Source of the DNA: Candidatus Harrisonbacteria bacterium CG10_big_fil_rev_8_21_14_0_10_40_38
Lineage (GTDB): Bacteria > Patescibacteriota > Minisyncoccia > UBA6257 > 1-14-0-10-40-38
Reading direction: 5' to 3'
Assembly: GCA_002773535.1 (NCBI GenBank)
Contig: PFAZ01000001.1
Coordinates: 241,579-305,578, forward strand
DNA: 64,000 nt
Part shown: piece after piece, positions 49,889-60,123 of the stretch
Position numbering within the stretch: position 1 is the stretch's first letter
Layout of the letters: every line of letters begins with the position of its first letter
The notes under the pieces: model-generated
Told to the model about the DNA's origin: nothing
Seen by the model: only the letters and a program-made list of their open reading frames with translations
Databases searched by the model: none
Made by a program: the position numbers and the translations under genes

Positions 49889-52105
49889 TTAAGACTCTGC
49901 CGGCTCCGTGGAAAGAGTCTCATTAAGCGCAAGTCTCGCAAGAAGATAGCACGCAGTAGACTCAGCGCCTTGGTTAAGGTTTATATCCCTCTCCGCTACC
50001 CCGTCATAACAACCACCGGTCGCCTCATCATAAATAACCTGCCTAAGATGGTTTTTCCCCAAAAACCAATGAAAAGCAGTAAGTGCATCATCAAGATATT
50101 TTTTCTTATGAGTTACTCCGTATGCCACAAGCTTCGTCTCAACCATAGAAGCCGTATCTTCCGGCTGTTGGTCATAATATGACCTTTTTTTATCCCGCGA
50201 ATACCAACCCGCAGCGCCAATTGGAGAATAATGATCTTTTTCAAAAGTAACATTAGACAAAAACTCCAACGATTTCTCAGCAATATCAAGATATTTCTTA
50301 TTTCCCGTCACATCAAACGCATAAAACAAAGACTCCGAAAGGCGACTATTTGAATAAGTCAGCTGATCTTCAAACCACTGCCATTCCAAAGAAGCGTTAG
50401 CATTAAAATATTTAACCTGTTTTTCAGCAAGAGTAGAAATAAGATCAGTTCCAATCTCTGGAAACCTCTGAAAATAGTGATACAGACCACTTATGGTAAA
50501 AGCAATTGCTCTCGGAGCAGTAAGTTTTGAAATTCTCCCAAATGAATCAAGGAAAAGCGCCTTTGCTCTATTTGAAATTTCTTCCGGTATATCCGTACGC
50601 GAAGCAGTATACCCAAGCGCCCACATAGCCCTTCCATAAACATCCTCGTCTTTTGTTCCATCATGCGAATGTTTCGAAGTAACAATATTTGCAAAAGAAC
50701 CGTCTTTTTGTTGAACAAATTTCAAAAAATCAAGATAAACCCCCATAAGTCTCACGAGCTCAACAGATGGAGATTTTCCATAATGCTTCGCTGAGGCAAT
50801 AAGAGCTCTAGTATTATCATCTGTGCTGTAACCAAATCTTTTCTCCGGTCTGCTGTATCTCGCGTGTTGGATTATTCCAAAATCATCCGTAAGTCTCGAA
50901 AGGTGATCAAATTTAATCTCAGGCAGCTTCCTCTCTTCCGCCTTAAGAGAAGCAAATTTATTAAAAATCCTAAAATATTCACCAGCAACGTTTGGCCAAA
51001 CCATTTTACGCGTTGCTTCATACGCCGCTTGACTCATGTTGTATCGCATCTTTTCATCCGTTAAAAGAAGTTGAAGTGCCTTTGTAAAAGCTTTTGCGCT
51101 TTTAACCGGAACAAGAACTCCGGTAAAATCACTTACAAGATGTTTTGCATATTCAGTCTTTGTGCTTATAACCGGCCTACCACACCCTAATGCATAAGAA
51201 AGAGTACCACTCACTGACTGCCTCGGATCAATACTCGGTGATACATACACATCAGTAGCTTTTAGATACGCCAATATTTCCTCAAGACCAAGATATCTAT
51301 TGTAAAACTTAACATTGTTTTTAAGATTCAAGCGGTTCACTTCAGATAACAAAAAATTTCTATATGCCTCACCATCATTCCTCTGGATTACAGGATGGGT
51401 CGCGCCCAAAACAAGATATAAAAGATTAGGAAACTGCTTTACAAGGGGCGGCAATGACCTAATAGCATATTCAATGCCTTTCCCAGGACTTAGAAGACCA
51501 AACGTAGATAAAACCAGTTTTCCACCAAGCCCAAGCTCTTCCTTCATTTTTTCAGGAGATTCAAAAGAGACCTGTGGTATCCCATGAGGAACGACAAAAA
51601 CTTTTGATTTCGGAACGCCATATTCCTTCTCTAAAGAGGTTTTTGAAAGATCATTCATAACCACAACCGCCTTAGATTTATCCGAAATAAACTGAACAAC
51701 TTTCTTCACATAATCATCAGGATGTGGCAAAACAGAATGAAACGTCGTCACGACAGGCTTCTTTATAACCTGTAAAAATGGCATCAGATAGTCGCCCCAG
51801 TCTCCACCAAAAAGACCAAACTCATGCTGAATAGAAACGACTTTCACTCCATCGTTTCTGTTTAATCTCTCCGCTAATGCCACGTACTGATCCAGGTTTG
51901 GAGCAGTAATTTGATCAATTGTTTTCGGCCCGTAATTATAAAAACTTGCGGTATGCTCATTTATTGCCGCGATTCTTGAACGCGTTACAGGATTAAACCT
52001 TTTATCAAATGCATTTGTAAGATCCTGAGTAAACGTCGCAATGCCGCATTCACGAGGTGGATAAGTGCTTAAATAAACAACAGTGTTTGATGAATTTTTA
52101 GCCAT
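49889..52105 (-). CDS. fusion protein: N-terminal GT4 glycosyltransferase plus a C-terminal six-hairpin glycosidase-like domain
   Basis: The N-terminal 400 aa are a GT-B fold with a GT4 E-x7-E region. The C-terminal 340 aa are all-helical with conserved Trp/Asp positions. Confidence 0.55.
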   Translation of the reverse strand: MAKNSSNTVVYLSTYPPRECGIATFTQDLTNAFDKRFNPVTRSRIAAINEHTASFYNYGPKTIDQITAPNLDQYVALAERLNRNDGVKVVSIQHEFGLFGGDWGDYLMPFLQVIKKPVVTTFHSVLPHPDDYVKKVVQFISDKSKAVVVMNDLSKTSLEKEYGVPKSKVFVVPHGIPQVSFESPEKMKEELGLGGKLVLSTFGLLSPGKGIEYAIRSLPPLVKQFPNLLYLVLGATHPVIQRNDGEAYRNFLLSEVNRLNLKNNVKFYNRYLGLEEILAYLKATDVYVSPSIDPRQSVSGTLSYALGCGRPVISTKTEYAKHLVSDFTGVLVPVKSAKAFTKALQLLLTDEKMRYNMSQAAYEATRKMVWPNVAGEYFRIFNKFASLKAEERKLPEIKFDHLSRLTDDFGIIQHARYSRPEKRFGYSTDDNTRALIASAKHYGKSPSVELVRLMGVYLDFLKFVQQKDGSFANIVTSKHSHDGTKDEDVYGRAMWALGYTASRTDIPEEISNRAKALFLDSFGRISKLTAPRAIAFTISGLYHYFQRFPEIGTDLISTLAEKQVKYFNANASLEWQWFEDQLTYSNSRLSESLFYAFDVTGNKKYLDIAEKSLEFLSNVTFEKDHYSPIGAAGWYSRDKKRSYYDQQPEDTASMVETKLVAYGVTHKKKYLDDALTAFHWFLGKNHLRQVIYDEATGGCYDGVAERDINLNQGAESTACYLLARLALNETLSTEPAES

Positions 52106-53153
52106 GGTGCGAAAGTGAGGAATCAGTAAGAGCTGTAAGAAGCTCTGGTAGATTCACAGACGCGACAGCGATTCGCGTATCAGCTGCGCCATAATAAATA
52201 TACAAGGTATCACCAAAAATTGCAGTACCCGTTGGAAAAACAACATTCGAAACATCGCCGGAAATCTCCCACGACTCCTCTGGTGAAAAAAGTGGCTCGT
52301 GAAGTTTACCAACTACACGAAGCGGATCTTTTTTATGAAGCAACGCTGCTCCTGCGTGATACCTTCGTCCTTTATTAAGTTCCTCAACAGCATGATATAT
52401 AACAAGCCAACCTTTTGGCGTCTCTATTGGCGTACACCCTCCTCCTATATTTCTTGTTTCAAACCAATGCTTATTCTCCAAAACAACATATTTTGACAGC
52501 TGGGAAATATAATTTTCCCAAAAACTTTTTTTAAGATTCGAGAAACTCTTGAAAAAGACTATCTGCATATCAGGCAAAATCCTGTTTAACATTGCAAACT
52601 GCCCGTTTATTTTCTTTGGGAACAAAATACTGTCTTTGTGCCAAATTAGAACATCTTCACCAGCCGATTCTCTATAATATGAAGCGAAAAGCGAATATGC
52701 GTCTTTAAGTCTCCCCCCTCCAAATTCCGGATGCTGAAAAATCTTATCCGCATCAGCATACGCAATTTTTGGACTAATAACCCCTCTTTTCTCAAAATTT
52801 ACCAAATCCTTACTTTTTGCATACGCAGTAACCGCATTTTTCCCATCGTGAGCAACATAGGTCATATAATAAGTCCTACCTACCTTCGCTATTCGCGGAT
52901 CCTCAACTCCTTTCTTTTCGTAAGGAAACTCCCTCTCAATAATCGGCTTATTCCACCTCTCAACAACATTCATCGGCCCGCGAAGCTTCGCATAACCGAT
53001 ACTAGATTTAAAATGCCCATCAATAGCCCTATAAAAAAGATGAATATTTTCACCTTCCTGATAACACGCAGGATTTAAAACAGCTTCCTTCTCAAAAGAT
53101 TTCTTAGTCGGTTCGAGAACAACACCGAGCTTCTGAACCATTGGGCGTTTCAT
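52098..53153 (-). CDS. glycoside hydrolase family 130 (beta-mannoside phosphorylase-like)
   Basis: LNPACYQEGENIHLFYRA...GYAKL...DPRI...YYMTY is the GH130 beta-propeller signature. Confidence 0.65.
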   Translation of the reverse strand: MKRPMVQKLGVVLEPTKKSFEKEAVLNPACYQEGENIHLFYRAIDGHFKSSIGYAKLRGPMNVVERWNKPIIEREFPYEKKGVEDPRIAKVGRTYYMTYVAHDGKNAVTAYAKSKDLVNFEKRGVISPKIAYADADKIFQHPEFGGGRLKDAYSLFASYYRESAGEDVLIWHKDSILFPKKINGQFAMLNRILPDMQIVFFKSFSNLKKSFWENYISQLSKYVVLENKHWFETRNIGGGCTPIETPKGWLVIYHAVEELNKGRRYHAGAALLHKKDPLRVVGKLHEPLFSPEESWEISGDVSNVVFPTGTAIFGDTLYIYYGAADTRIAVASVNLPELLTALTDSSLSHHG

Positions 53154-53299
53154 AATACGGACATTATATCACAAAAAAATTTTCACCCGAAAAAAATATT
53201 GAATAATATAGAAAACATTGACTAAGAAAAGAAAATGATGTAAAAAATACATACAGGTAGCAGTGGCGAACACGTCACAATGGCAACAATTCATAGGTT

Positions 53300-53872
53300 A
53301 TGAATACTGAAGACAACCAAAAAACAGACGAAAAAAACTTCGCAGAGCTTATGGAAAAGGCGCAGAACGGAGATACAGCCGCTTTTGGTGAAATTTATGA
53401 CGCATACTTCACAAAAGTATTCCGCTATATCTATACCCGTACAAAAAACAAAGCCGAAGCAGAAGACCTTACTCACAACGTATTTCTTAAGGTATTTGAA
53501 TCAGCTTCAAGGTTTAAAAATATCGGCGTCTCTCCGCTCGCCTATTTTTTTACCGTTGCCAGAAATACAGTAATCAACGCTTGGCGCAAGAAAAAAGAAT
53601 ATCTTTTTGCAGAACCGGAAATCGCTTTTGAAAATGTAGTCTCCATAGAAAACCTGACAGTAGAAGCAGAAAGAAAAGAAACCGTCGAAGAAATAAAACT
53701 TGCCCTGGAAAATCTCACAGACGATCAGCAGGAAATAATCACACTAAAATTTTTGAGTGAGCTTTCAAACAAAGAGATTTCAGACATAACAGGAAAAAGC
53801 GAAGAAGCTATAAGACAACTTCAATTTCGAGGTCTTAAAGCCCTAAAAACACAATTCAAGAATCATGAATAA
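53300..53872 (+). CDS. ECF-type sigma-70 factor
   Basis: Region 2 (FGEIYDAYFTKVFRYIY...AEDLTHNVFLKVF) and region 4 HTH. Confidence 0.75.
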   Translation: MNTEDNQKTDEKNFAELMEKAQNGDTAAFGEIYDAYFTKVFRYIYTRTKNKAEAEDLTHNVFLKVFESASRFKNIGVSPLAYFFTVARNTVINAWRKKKEYLFAEPEIAFENVVSIENLTVEAERKETVEEIKLALENLTDDQQEIITLKFLSELSNKEISDITGKSEEAIRQLQFRGLKALKTQFKNHE

Positions 53873-54374
53873 TCAGCAAAGAAAAATTGAAGATATTTTA
53901 AACGAAGTCATAAACCTCAAAAAACAAGGTTTAGATAACGACGCAATAATAAACAAAATCGGAAATGAAAACAATGAAATCATTTCTCTTTTAAAGTTGG
54001 TAGAAGAACTCAGCATTCTAAAAAATAGCATCAGCGCCCCAAAAACATCTCTCGAAAAAATAATAAAAGATTCAAAAAAACAGAAAACAGAAACTCCATT
54101 TTTTAAAAATTGGAAACTCGCCCTACCCATGGCCATGGCTGTAATGCTCATATTTATAGTCACCTCAAACAACAATAGCAACGACGAAACAAACATCGCT
54201 CCTGCTATAAACACAAAAGAAAGCGCAAAACTATTAATAAACGATGATGATATAACAATTACTAATATAAAAAATAACCCAAGCTCTGCCTCGTTTAGGG
54301 CAGAAAACACAGCCAATGATTCAGCGACTACCAATGAAGAAGAATCACCAAGCCCAACCCCAATAGCCAAATAA
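53865..54374 (+). CDS. putative anti-sigma factor (single TM)
   Basis: Start overlaps the sigma-factor stop. Central TM WKLALPMAMAVMLIFIV. Confidence 0.45.
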   Translation: MNNQQRKIEDILNEVINLKKQGLDNDAIINKIGNENNEIISLLKLVEELSILKNSISAPKTSLEKIIKDSKKQKTETPFFKNWKLALPMAMAVMLIFIVTSNNNSNDETNIAPAINTKESAKLLINDDDITITNIKNNPSSASFRAENTANDSATTNEEESPSPTPIAK

Positions 54375-54406
54375 AAATACCCCCCGCTTAGCGGGGGGTA
54401 TTTTTT
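54374..54406. terminator. bidirectional rho-independent terminator
   Basis: aaaaatacccccc-gcttagc-ggggggtatttttt: 8-bp GC stem flanked by A-run and T-run. Confidence 0.75.
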
Positions 54407-54447
54407 GAAGAAAAGAATTTACACTTATCTACATTTATAGAAGAAAG

Positions 54448-54885
54448 CTAAAGCCTCATACCCCCAAAATGCATTCCCATTCCTCTTCTATGAGCTCCGC
54501 CTTCGGGAAGATCCTCAATAAATGAATATCTTGTATCCGCCTGAGCCTGCGTTATAACCCCCTGACTAACCAAGGTCTGCAATTGTTCTTTGACCTGATT
54601 TAATCTTTGAGTTTTCATACGAGACGCAAGATCTTCATCGCTAATGCCTTTTTCTTTTGCAAGATCACGAACCGTTTTGCCATCTGCCCATGCTTGCTTT
54701 ACTTCAGTAACTGAAACACCTAAAAGGCTCGCTTGCATATCAAACATTTCAGTATGTTTTGCCGCAATTTCCTGTGGAGTGATGTTCGAGAATAAAAACC
54801 CATGAGCGGATGCTGAAACCGCTACACCTAAAACGCCAAACCCTATTACAGGAACCGCGGCATAAGCCAACATCTTTTTTCGCAT
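54448..54885 (-). CDS. secreted hypothetical protein (signal peptide)
   Basis: N-terminus MRKKMLAYAAVPVIGFGVLGVAVSASA. Confidence 0.45.
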   Translation of the reverse strand: MRKKMLAYAAVPVIGFGVLGVAVSASAHGFLFSNITPQEIAAKHTEMFDMQASLLGVSVTEVKQAWADGKTVRDLAKEKGISDEDLASRMKTQRLNQVKEQLQTLVSQGVITQAQADTRYSFIEDLPEGGAHRRGMGMHFGGMRL

Positions 54886-55024
54886 AAATAATAAATTTAA
54901 TGATTAATGATAATAACAGCGCGCCTCTCTCTAGGTTCTAAAACAACGGTGAGAGAAACCGAAATTCAGAACCAATTGCGAGCTATAAACTACTACGCAA
55001 AAACAAAATTATTATTTCAAAATT

Positions 55025-55804
55025 TTAATAATCAAACGGCATTATATGTCTTGCAGAAGGAGGGGGTGGACTTTCTCTTGAAAAATCTATCCTTCTCACC
55101 CCGTACGCTCTTATAGCGTGATCAAGCCTGGGACCTAAAATAATTATCGGATCGCCTTCGGCAAAATCAAAACCTAATGGAAAAGTTGTTGTTGCAGTAA
55201 TGAAGACGTCTAAAACTTCCCCCTTTTGATTACCCACAATAAAGCCGTGATTCGTAATTTCCGTAATAATTCCAAAATGCACGCCACGCGTCATCCTTTT
55301 TGTGTATCCATGATAAAAACCTTCAATAACCGGTGGATGTTTTGCCTCCGAAAAATCAAAAATTCTTTCATGTAAACCAGACTGCCAGAGACCAAAACCT
55401 CCAAGGAGCGCAAAAAGCACCACGCCAGCAAGCGAATAAAACAATGGTCTCTTATAAGCAAAGGGGTACCTCCTCACAAGAAATTCCAAAAGAACAGCAA
55501 AAACAGCGCCGGTAATTATCAAAATCCAAGGCATCGACCCAATAAACGGACCAAAACCCATAAACCCAAATGACGGAGCAAAAATAGCTCCAGTATATCT
55601 AAGCGTAAAGAAAATAAAGCTAACTATATAAAGCAAAACCAAAACAACCGCAGCCATACCAAAAACCCAAAAAACAGTAGACATCAAAAATCGCTTTTTT
55701 GAACGCATGGAAACATCGCCGCTCTCAATGCGCTCGAGTATCCTATCTTTCATCGAATCATCTATTCTTTTTTCGTCTTTATTGTTTTCCATTTTGTTTT
55801 TCAT
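55025..55804 (-). CDS. putative membrane anti-sigma factor
   Basis: Overlaps the start of the downstream ECF sigma gene. Four TM helices. Confidence 0.45.
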   Translation of the reverse strand: MKNKMENNKDEKRIDDSMKDRILERIESGDVSMRSKKRFLMSTVFWVFGMAAVVLVLLYIVSFIFFTLRYTGAIFAPSFGFMGFGPFIGSMPWILIITGAVFAVLLEFLVRRYPFAYKRPLFYSLAGVVLFALLGGFGLWQSGLHERIFDFSEAKHPPVIEGFYHGYTKRMTRGVHFGIITEITNHGFIVGNQKGEVLDVFITATTTFPLGFDFAEGDPIIILGPRLDHAIRAYGVRRIDFSRESPPPPSARHIMPFDY

Positions 55805-56336
55805 ATTCCTTCCTAAGATGATCTTTTCCTCTTTTTAATCTAACTCCAACAGTAGACACGGGCACCCTCAAAATATCCGCTATCTCCTGATAGCTCAACT
55901 CTTCAAAATAAAAAAGGGTGAGCAACTCTCTATATTTTGGAGAAAGCTTTGCGAGGCAAGAATCTAACGCCTCTTTGAGTTCTTTGTCTTTCAATAAACC
56001 ATCAGAAGTCTCCTCCGCCACAGGGTGAGGGAAAATTGTATCAGCGTCAAAAGAAAAAAACGGCTGACGGCTATTTTTTCTTATAAGACTTATAAACTCA
56101 TTATGAGCTATCCTGTATAACCACGAAGAAAACTTTCGCTTCGTGTCAAAGCTTTGGATATTGATATACGCCTTCAAAAAAACCTCCTGTACCACATCCT
56201 GCATATCACCTGTATGTGAAAGAAATTTTCTCGCATATCTAAGCATCTTAGATTCGTATCTTTGCACCAAAACACCAAACGACTCGCGGTCGCCATTTTG
56301 TACGCGAAACGCGATTGCTTCATCGGTATCGGTCAT
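55779..56336 (-). CDS. ECF-type sigma-70 factor
   Basis: Region 2 motif VQEVFLKAYINIQSF. Region 4. Confidence 0.75.
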   Translation of the reverse strand: MTDTDEAIAFRVQNGDRESFGVLVQRYESKMLRYARKFLSHTGDMQDVVQEVFLKAYINIQSFDTKRKFSSWLYRIAHNEFISLIRKNSRQPFFSFDADTIFPHPVAEETSDGLLKDKELKEALDSCLAKLSPKYRELLTLFYFEELSYQEIADILRVPVSTVGVRLKRGKDHLRKEYEKQNGKQ

Positions 56337-56373
56337 ATTAAGACTCTTAAATTAGTACGAAAAAAAGCCAGAT

Positions 56374-57579
56374 TTATTTCGCCTTTGAAACACGCGCAAA
56401 CCTCCTCACCCCCCTCTGTAAAATAAACCCTCGCAAGGTGATTTTTACAGAACTTATTTCTGTGACCGCTTCCCCGTCAATTTTTATTGCCTTCTGCTCG
56501 ATAAGCCTCCTTGCCTCGCTTTTACTTGCTGCAAGTTTTGCAAAAACCAAAAGATCTACGATATTCATTTCAGCCTTTGAAACAAAAACATCCTCAACAT
56601 CACTTGGAGTTTTCTTTGACTGAATAACCTGTTCAAAATTTTTCTGTCCGCTTTTCGCCCCATCTTCACCATGAAAAATTTTTGTAATCTCAAACGCCAG
56701 TTTCAGTTTTATATCTCTCGGGTTAGTTCCTGATTTCAACTCCTTTTCATATTTTTCAACCACTCCGAGATTGATTCTCGTAAGCAGATTAAAATATTGA
56801 ATGATTAAATCATCTTTTAATGACATCACCTTTCCAAACATATCATCCGAAGAATCCGTCAGATTTATTGTATTCCCATAACTCGAACTCATTTTTCTGC
56901 CATCCAAACCTTCTATGAGAGGGTTTGTTATTATGTCCTGCGGTTCCTGACTATAAAGTCTTTGTAAATCTCTTCCGGCAAGAAGATTAAACCTTTGATC
57001 AGTCCCACCAATTTCAACATCAGCTTTTACTCGCACAGAATCATACCCTTGCATAAGTGGGTACAACACCTCGCGCAGAGACACCCTCTTCCCGGATTTC
57101 AATCTCTTCGCAATATTTTCTCTCGAAATAAATTCATTGATAGAAAAAATATCAGCCTGCCGCCCGATGTCCATATAACGAAGATCCGAAAGCCATTCCC
57201 GATTGTAGTAAATCTCCGCCGACTTTATATCAATTATTTTGCCAGCCTGCTCGATATAAGTTTTGGCATTCAAAGCAACTTGATCCTCGGTAAGCATCGG
57301 TCTCTCGCTCTCTTTATCAGACGTGTCGCCAATAAGACCCGTGAAATCCCCGATTATCAAAATCACCTTATGTCCCATCTCCTGAAAATCTCTAAGCTTT
57401 AAAAGCGGTATAACTCTCCCCAAATGAATATTTGGGCTGGTAGGATCAATGCCAAGTTTTACCCTCAACGGCTTCCCTATTTTCAATCTCTTTTTAAGAT
57501 GCGCTTCGTCAACTATTTCATGGACTCCCCTAGTCAATAAAGTTTTTGTGTCTGAACTGCTCGTTTTTTTACTCTTCAT
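56374..57579 (-). CDS. tyrS: tyrosyl-tRNA synthetase with a C-terminal S4 domain
   Basis: HIGH-like PNIHLG, KMSKS-like KMSSS, C-terminal S4 (EARRLIEQKAIKIDG). Confidence 0.75.
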   Translation of the reverse strand: MKSKKTSSSDTKTLLTRGVHEIVDEAHLKKRLKIGKPLRVKLGIDPTSPNIHLGRVIPLLKLRDFQEMGHKVILIIGDFTGLIGDTSDKESERPMLTEDQVALNAKTYIEQAGKIIDIKSAEIYYNREWLSDLRYMDIGRQADIFSINEFISRENIAKRLKSGKRVSLREVLYPLMQGYDSVRVKADVEIGGTDQRFNLLAGRDLQRLYSQEPQDIITNPLIEGLDGRKMSSSYGNTINLTDSSDDMFGKVMSLKDDLIIQYFNLLTRINLGVVEKYEKELKSGTNPRDIKLKLAFEITKIFHGEDGAKSGQKNFEQVIQSKKTPSDVEDVFVSKAEMNIVDLLVFAKLAASKSEARRLIEQKAIKIDGEAVTEISSVKITLRGFILQRGVRRFARVSKAK

Positions 57580-57681
57580 AAAAATTAAACAAATATAGCT
57601 ATAGTCTACCTTTTTTACAAAAAAAAGACACCCAATCTCCTAAAAGAAAGAGTGTCTGCAATCCTTGCAACGTGAAGCACG

Positions 57682-58326
57682 TTACGAATCTGATTGAATT
57701 AAGTTTGGATGAAACATGATCGGCTTTACCTCCTCTCCGAGACCAAGCGCCTTTTCGATACTTGACGATATCATGGGGTACAGCTTAAGAGTACCCATTT
57801 TCCTTCTTGGGCATTCCGCAACGAGAGTTCCTCCCCCGCTTTGTCTTGTCCTGTTGGGTTTTTTTTCTGCCACTGCCTCCACTAAACACTCAACATTTTC
57901 AATCGTAGTAAGATCTAGTGGTATCTCAATCTCTACGACATAAAGATCATTCCAATCCTTGTCTACTTCTGATTTTTTCACCTCCTCGTTTTTCTGTCCA
58001 GATTTAACGAATTGTCTTAATGAGACAATCAAGTCAAATTTTTGAACAAGTATTCGAGCAACGTTTTTAGGAGGATCAACAGCAAGATTCGTAACACGAA
58101 CCTTACAAGCACTACCATTTGGCAAGACAGCTCTTATACAGTCCCCAAATCCAGGAACATTCTCAGCTAGAAAACTCCTCTTGATTTGTTTAATCTCACC
58201 AAAAAGAGCACCCACCTGAGAAAATCGAACCCTTTTATATATTCTAGTCTCCGAAGTCGTACCCATCCTATCACCCCCATACAGTCCTCCAACCACAAGG
58301 CCTGTGAAACATGTGAATGAACACAA
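57682..58326 (-). CDS. hypothetical protein in the GC-shifted island
   Basis: 214 aa. Probable start at MGTTSE. Confidence 0.35.
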   Translation of the reverse strand: MCSFTCFTGLVVGGLYGGDRMGTTSETRIYKRVRFSQVGALFGEIKQIKRSFLAENVPGFGDCIRAVLPNGSACKVRVTNLAVDPPKNVARILVQKFDLIVSLRQFVKSGQKNEEVKKSEVDKDWNDLYVVEIEIPLDLTTIENVECLVEAVAEKKPNRTRQSGGGTLVAECPRRKMGTLKLYPMISSSIEKALGLGEEVKPIMFHPNLIQSDS

Positions 58327-58448
58327 AAAGTCGCTTTAAAAACTAAAGCAACAGAGACTACTAATAGCATACAACAAAAATAACGTCAATAAAAATACGC
58401 CGCAGACCAAAGGCAAAAAGCCTAAAATCTGCGGCGAGAAAAAAAGTG

Positions 58449-58880
58449 CTATCGATCCCCAGAAACGGGCGGCGCAAGATATCCTATCGTAACCTCCTTA
58501 CCATTCACATCCCGATTTATAGAAAACTCATGCAACCTCACATCACTCGAAAGAAATATTTCCCCCCCCGCCTTAAGGTTTGTGCTTCCACAAAATTCTA
58601 TTCCGCCACTTGGAAGTTGGGCAAATTCGCGAAGACGAACCGGAAAGCCATTTTTGTTTCTAACCTTCCAGCAATCCTTGTCTTCCAGCTTGCCAATTTC
58701 AACCCCACTATCAGACCTCATCACGACAAAATCTGAAGACACCGCGCCTCGATCACTATCCACTCCTACTGGATCGGTTTTCGAGCAAGAAAAATATTCC
58801 AAAATAAGAAGCACAGAGATCAAGAGAAGAAACAAGGCAGAGCTTCCTGTGTGCCCACCGTTACTTTTATCATCCACCAA
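58449..58880 (-). CDS. putative lipoprotein
   Basis: Signal peptide followed by a Cys (LEYFSCSK). Confidence 0.35.
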   Translation of the reverse strand: MVDDKSNGGHTGSSALFLLLISVLLILEYFSCSKTDPVGVDSDRGAVSSDFVVMRSDSGVEIGKLEDKDCWKVRNKNGFPVRLREFAQLPSGGIEFCGSTNLKAGGEIFLSSDVRLHEFSINRDVNGKEVTIGYLAPPVSGDR

Positions 58881-58956
58881 TTTTCCACTCCTTTTAGAAG
58901 ATCTGATATTTCAAAACGCAAAAATATATTAACAGTCAAAACAAAAATAGTCAATA

Positions 58957-59301
58957 CTACAAATTCATATCCTTAAATCTCTTCTCCTGAAAAACCGGCT
59001 TTAATTTCCAAAACAAATCCAAGTCTTTTTTTGAAACAAAATCCATTTCCCCCTTTGTGCATGCGCTCCCAATTTCATAAATAATCGCCTGAATTCGCGA
59101 AAGCACATCAAGCACTCCAAATCTGTCTTTTCCTCTGACAAAAAACATAAACTTATCGGAAAGAGAACTGAATGCCCTATATAATGACTCAACATATGCA
59201 GGGTTCTTAGACGACTCAAAACGACTAAGCTGTTTTTCAATTCTCAGAATAACCACTACAAGAGCACGCACTTTTCGTTTAAAAATAAATTTTTCAAACA
59301 T
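58957..59301 (-). CDS. hypothetical protein
   Basis: 114 aa, helical. Confidence 0.3.
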   Translation of the reverse strand: MFEKFIFKRKVRALVVVILRIEKQLSRFESSKNPAYVESLYRAFSSLSDKFMFFVRGKDRFGVLDVLSRIQAIIYEIGSACTKGEMDFVSKKDLDLFWKLKPVFQEKRFKDMNL

Positions 59302-59391
59302 AAGTAAATTTTAACTCAAATAAAAAAAGAGCGTCCACTCGCAAGAGAAAGACGCTCTCAACTTCAACACTCCCACGAGAAAAGCTCCTAT

Positions 59392-59721
59392 TCATACAGC
59401 TTCAGAATCATTACCGTCAGGCAATTTCAAACAATGTTCCTCACAAAAAGAACGAACCAGATCCCTAAGCTTATCCTCGCTTGTCGGATATATTTGCACA
59501 GCTACCGTCACATACTCATGAGAACCCGAAGAGTTGGAATTATCCGAAACAGTTTGATGAGGGTGATCACACACCCCACCAATGGTCTCTCGAGCAAAAC
59601 TCTCCCCTGCAATCATAGTAAACTCTATCCCGAGACTACGAGGAAAACAATATTGAAAACTAACCAATTTACTCCCTTCAACCTGCTGCCGCGTGTGACT
59701 AACTACGAAGATCGAATACAT
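59392..59721 (-). CDS. hypothetical protein
   Basis: 109 aa. Confidence 0.3.
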   Translation of the reverse strand: MYSIFVVSHTRQQVEGSKLVSFQYCFPRSLGIEFTMIAGESFARETIGGVCDHPHQTVSDNSNSSGSHEYVTVAVQIYPTSEDKLRDLVRSFCEEHCLKLPDGNDSEAV

Positions 59722-59920
59722 GACCCACTCCTTTCAAAACAAGAACCTATCTACAGAATACTCCAAAATCCAAAAAAGGAAAATCAAAAAGAACTATACG
59801 CGGTGTATTCTTGAAATAGCTCGAACGGAATTCTGCCCTCGCCGCGCTGTGCGCGGCTCGGAATGGGCGGGCGGGCAAAATGAATTGCGAAGCCGAAAGC
59901 ATTAACAATTTCAAGTTTTT

Positions 59921-59984
59921 AATTGAGTTAAGTATAACTCAATTCAGTTAATTTTTCAATTTAAAGTCATTGAAAAATTAACTG
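59921..59984. promoter_or_regulatory. two adjacent perfect palindromes (10-4-10 and 16-8-16)
   Basis: aattgagtta-agta-taactcaatt, then cagttaatttttcaat-ttaaagtc-attgaaaaattaactg. Confidence 0.45.
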
Positions 59985-60123
59985 GCTTTGGCGGCAAATT
60001 CTCGCTTCAAAAAAAGAGCCACGAGCAGAAGTTAATTCTGCAAGTGGCTCCTACATGTGGGCATTGTCTCGACTAATCGATCGCGATGCCAAGACCAAGA
60101 CCGATAACGAAGGGTAGAAGCCC

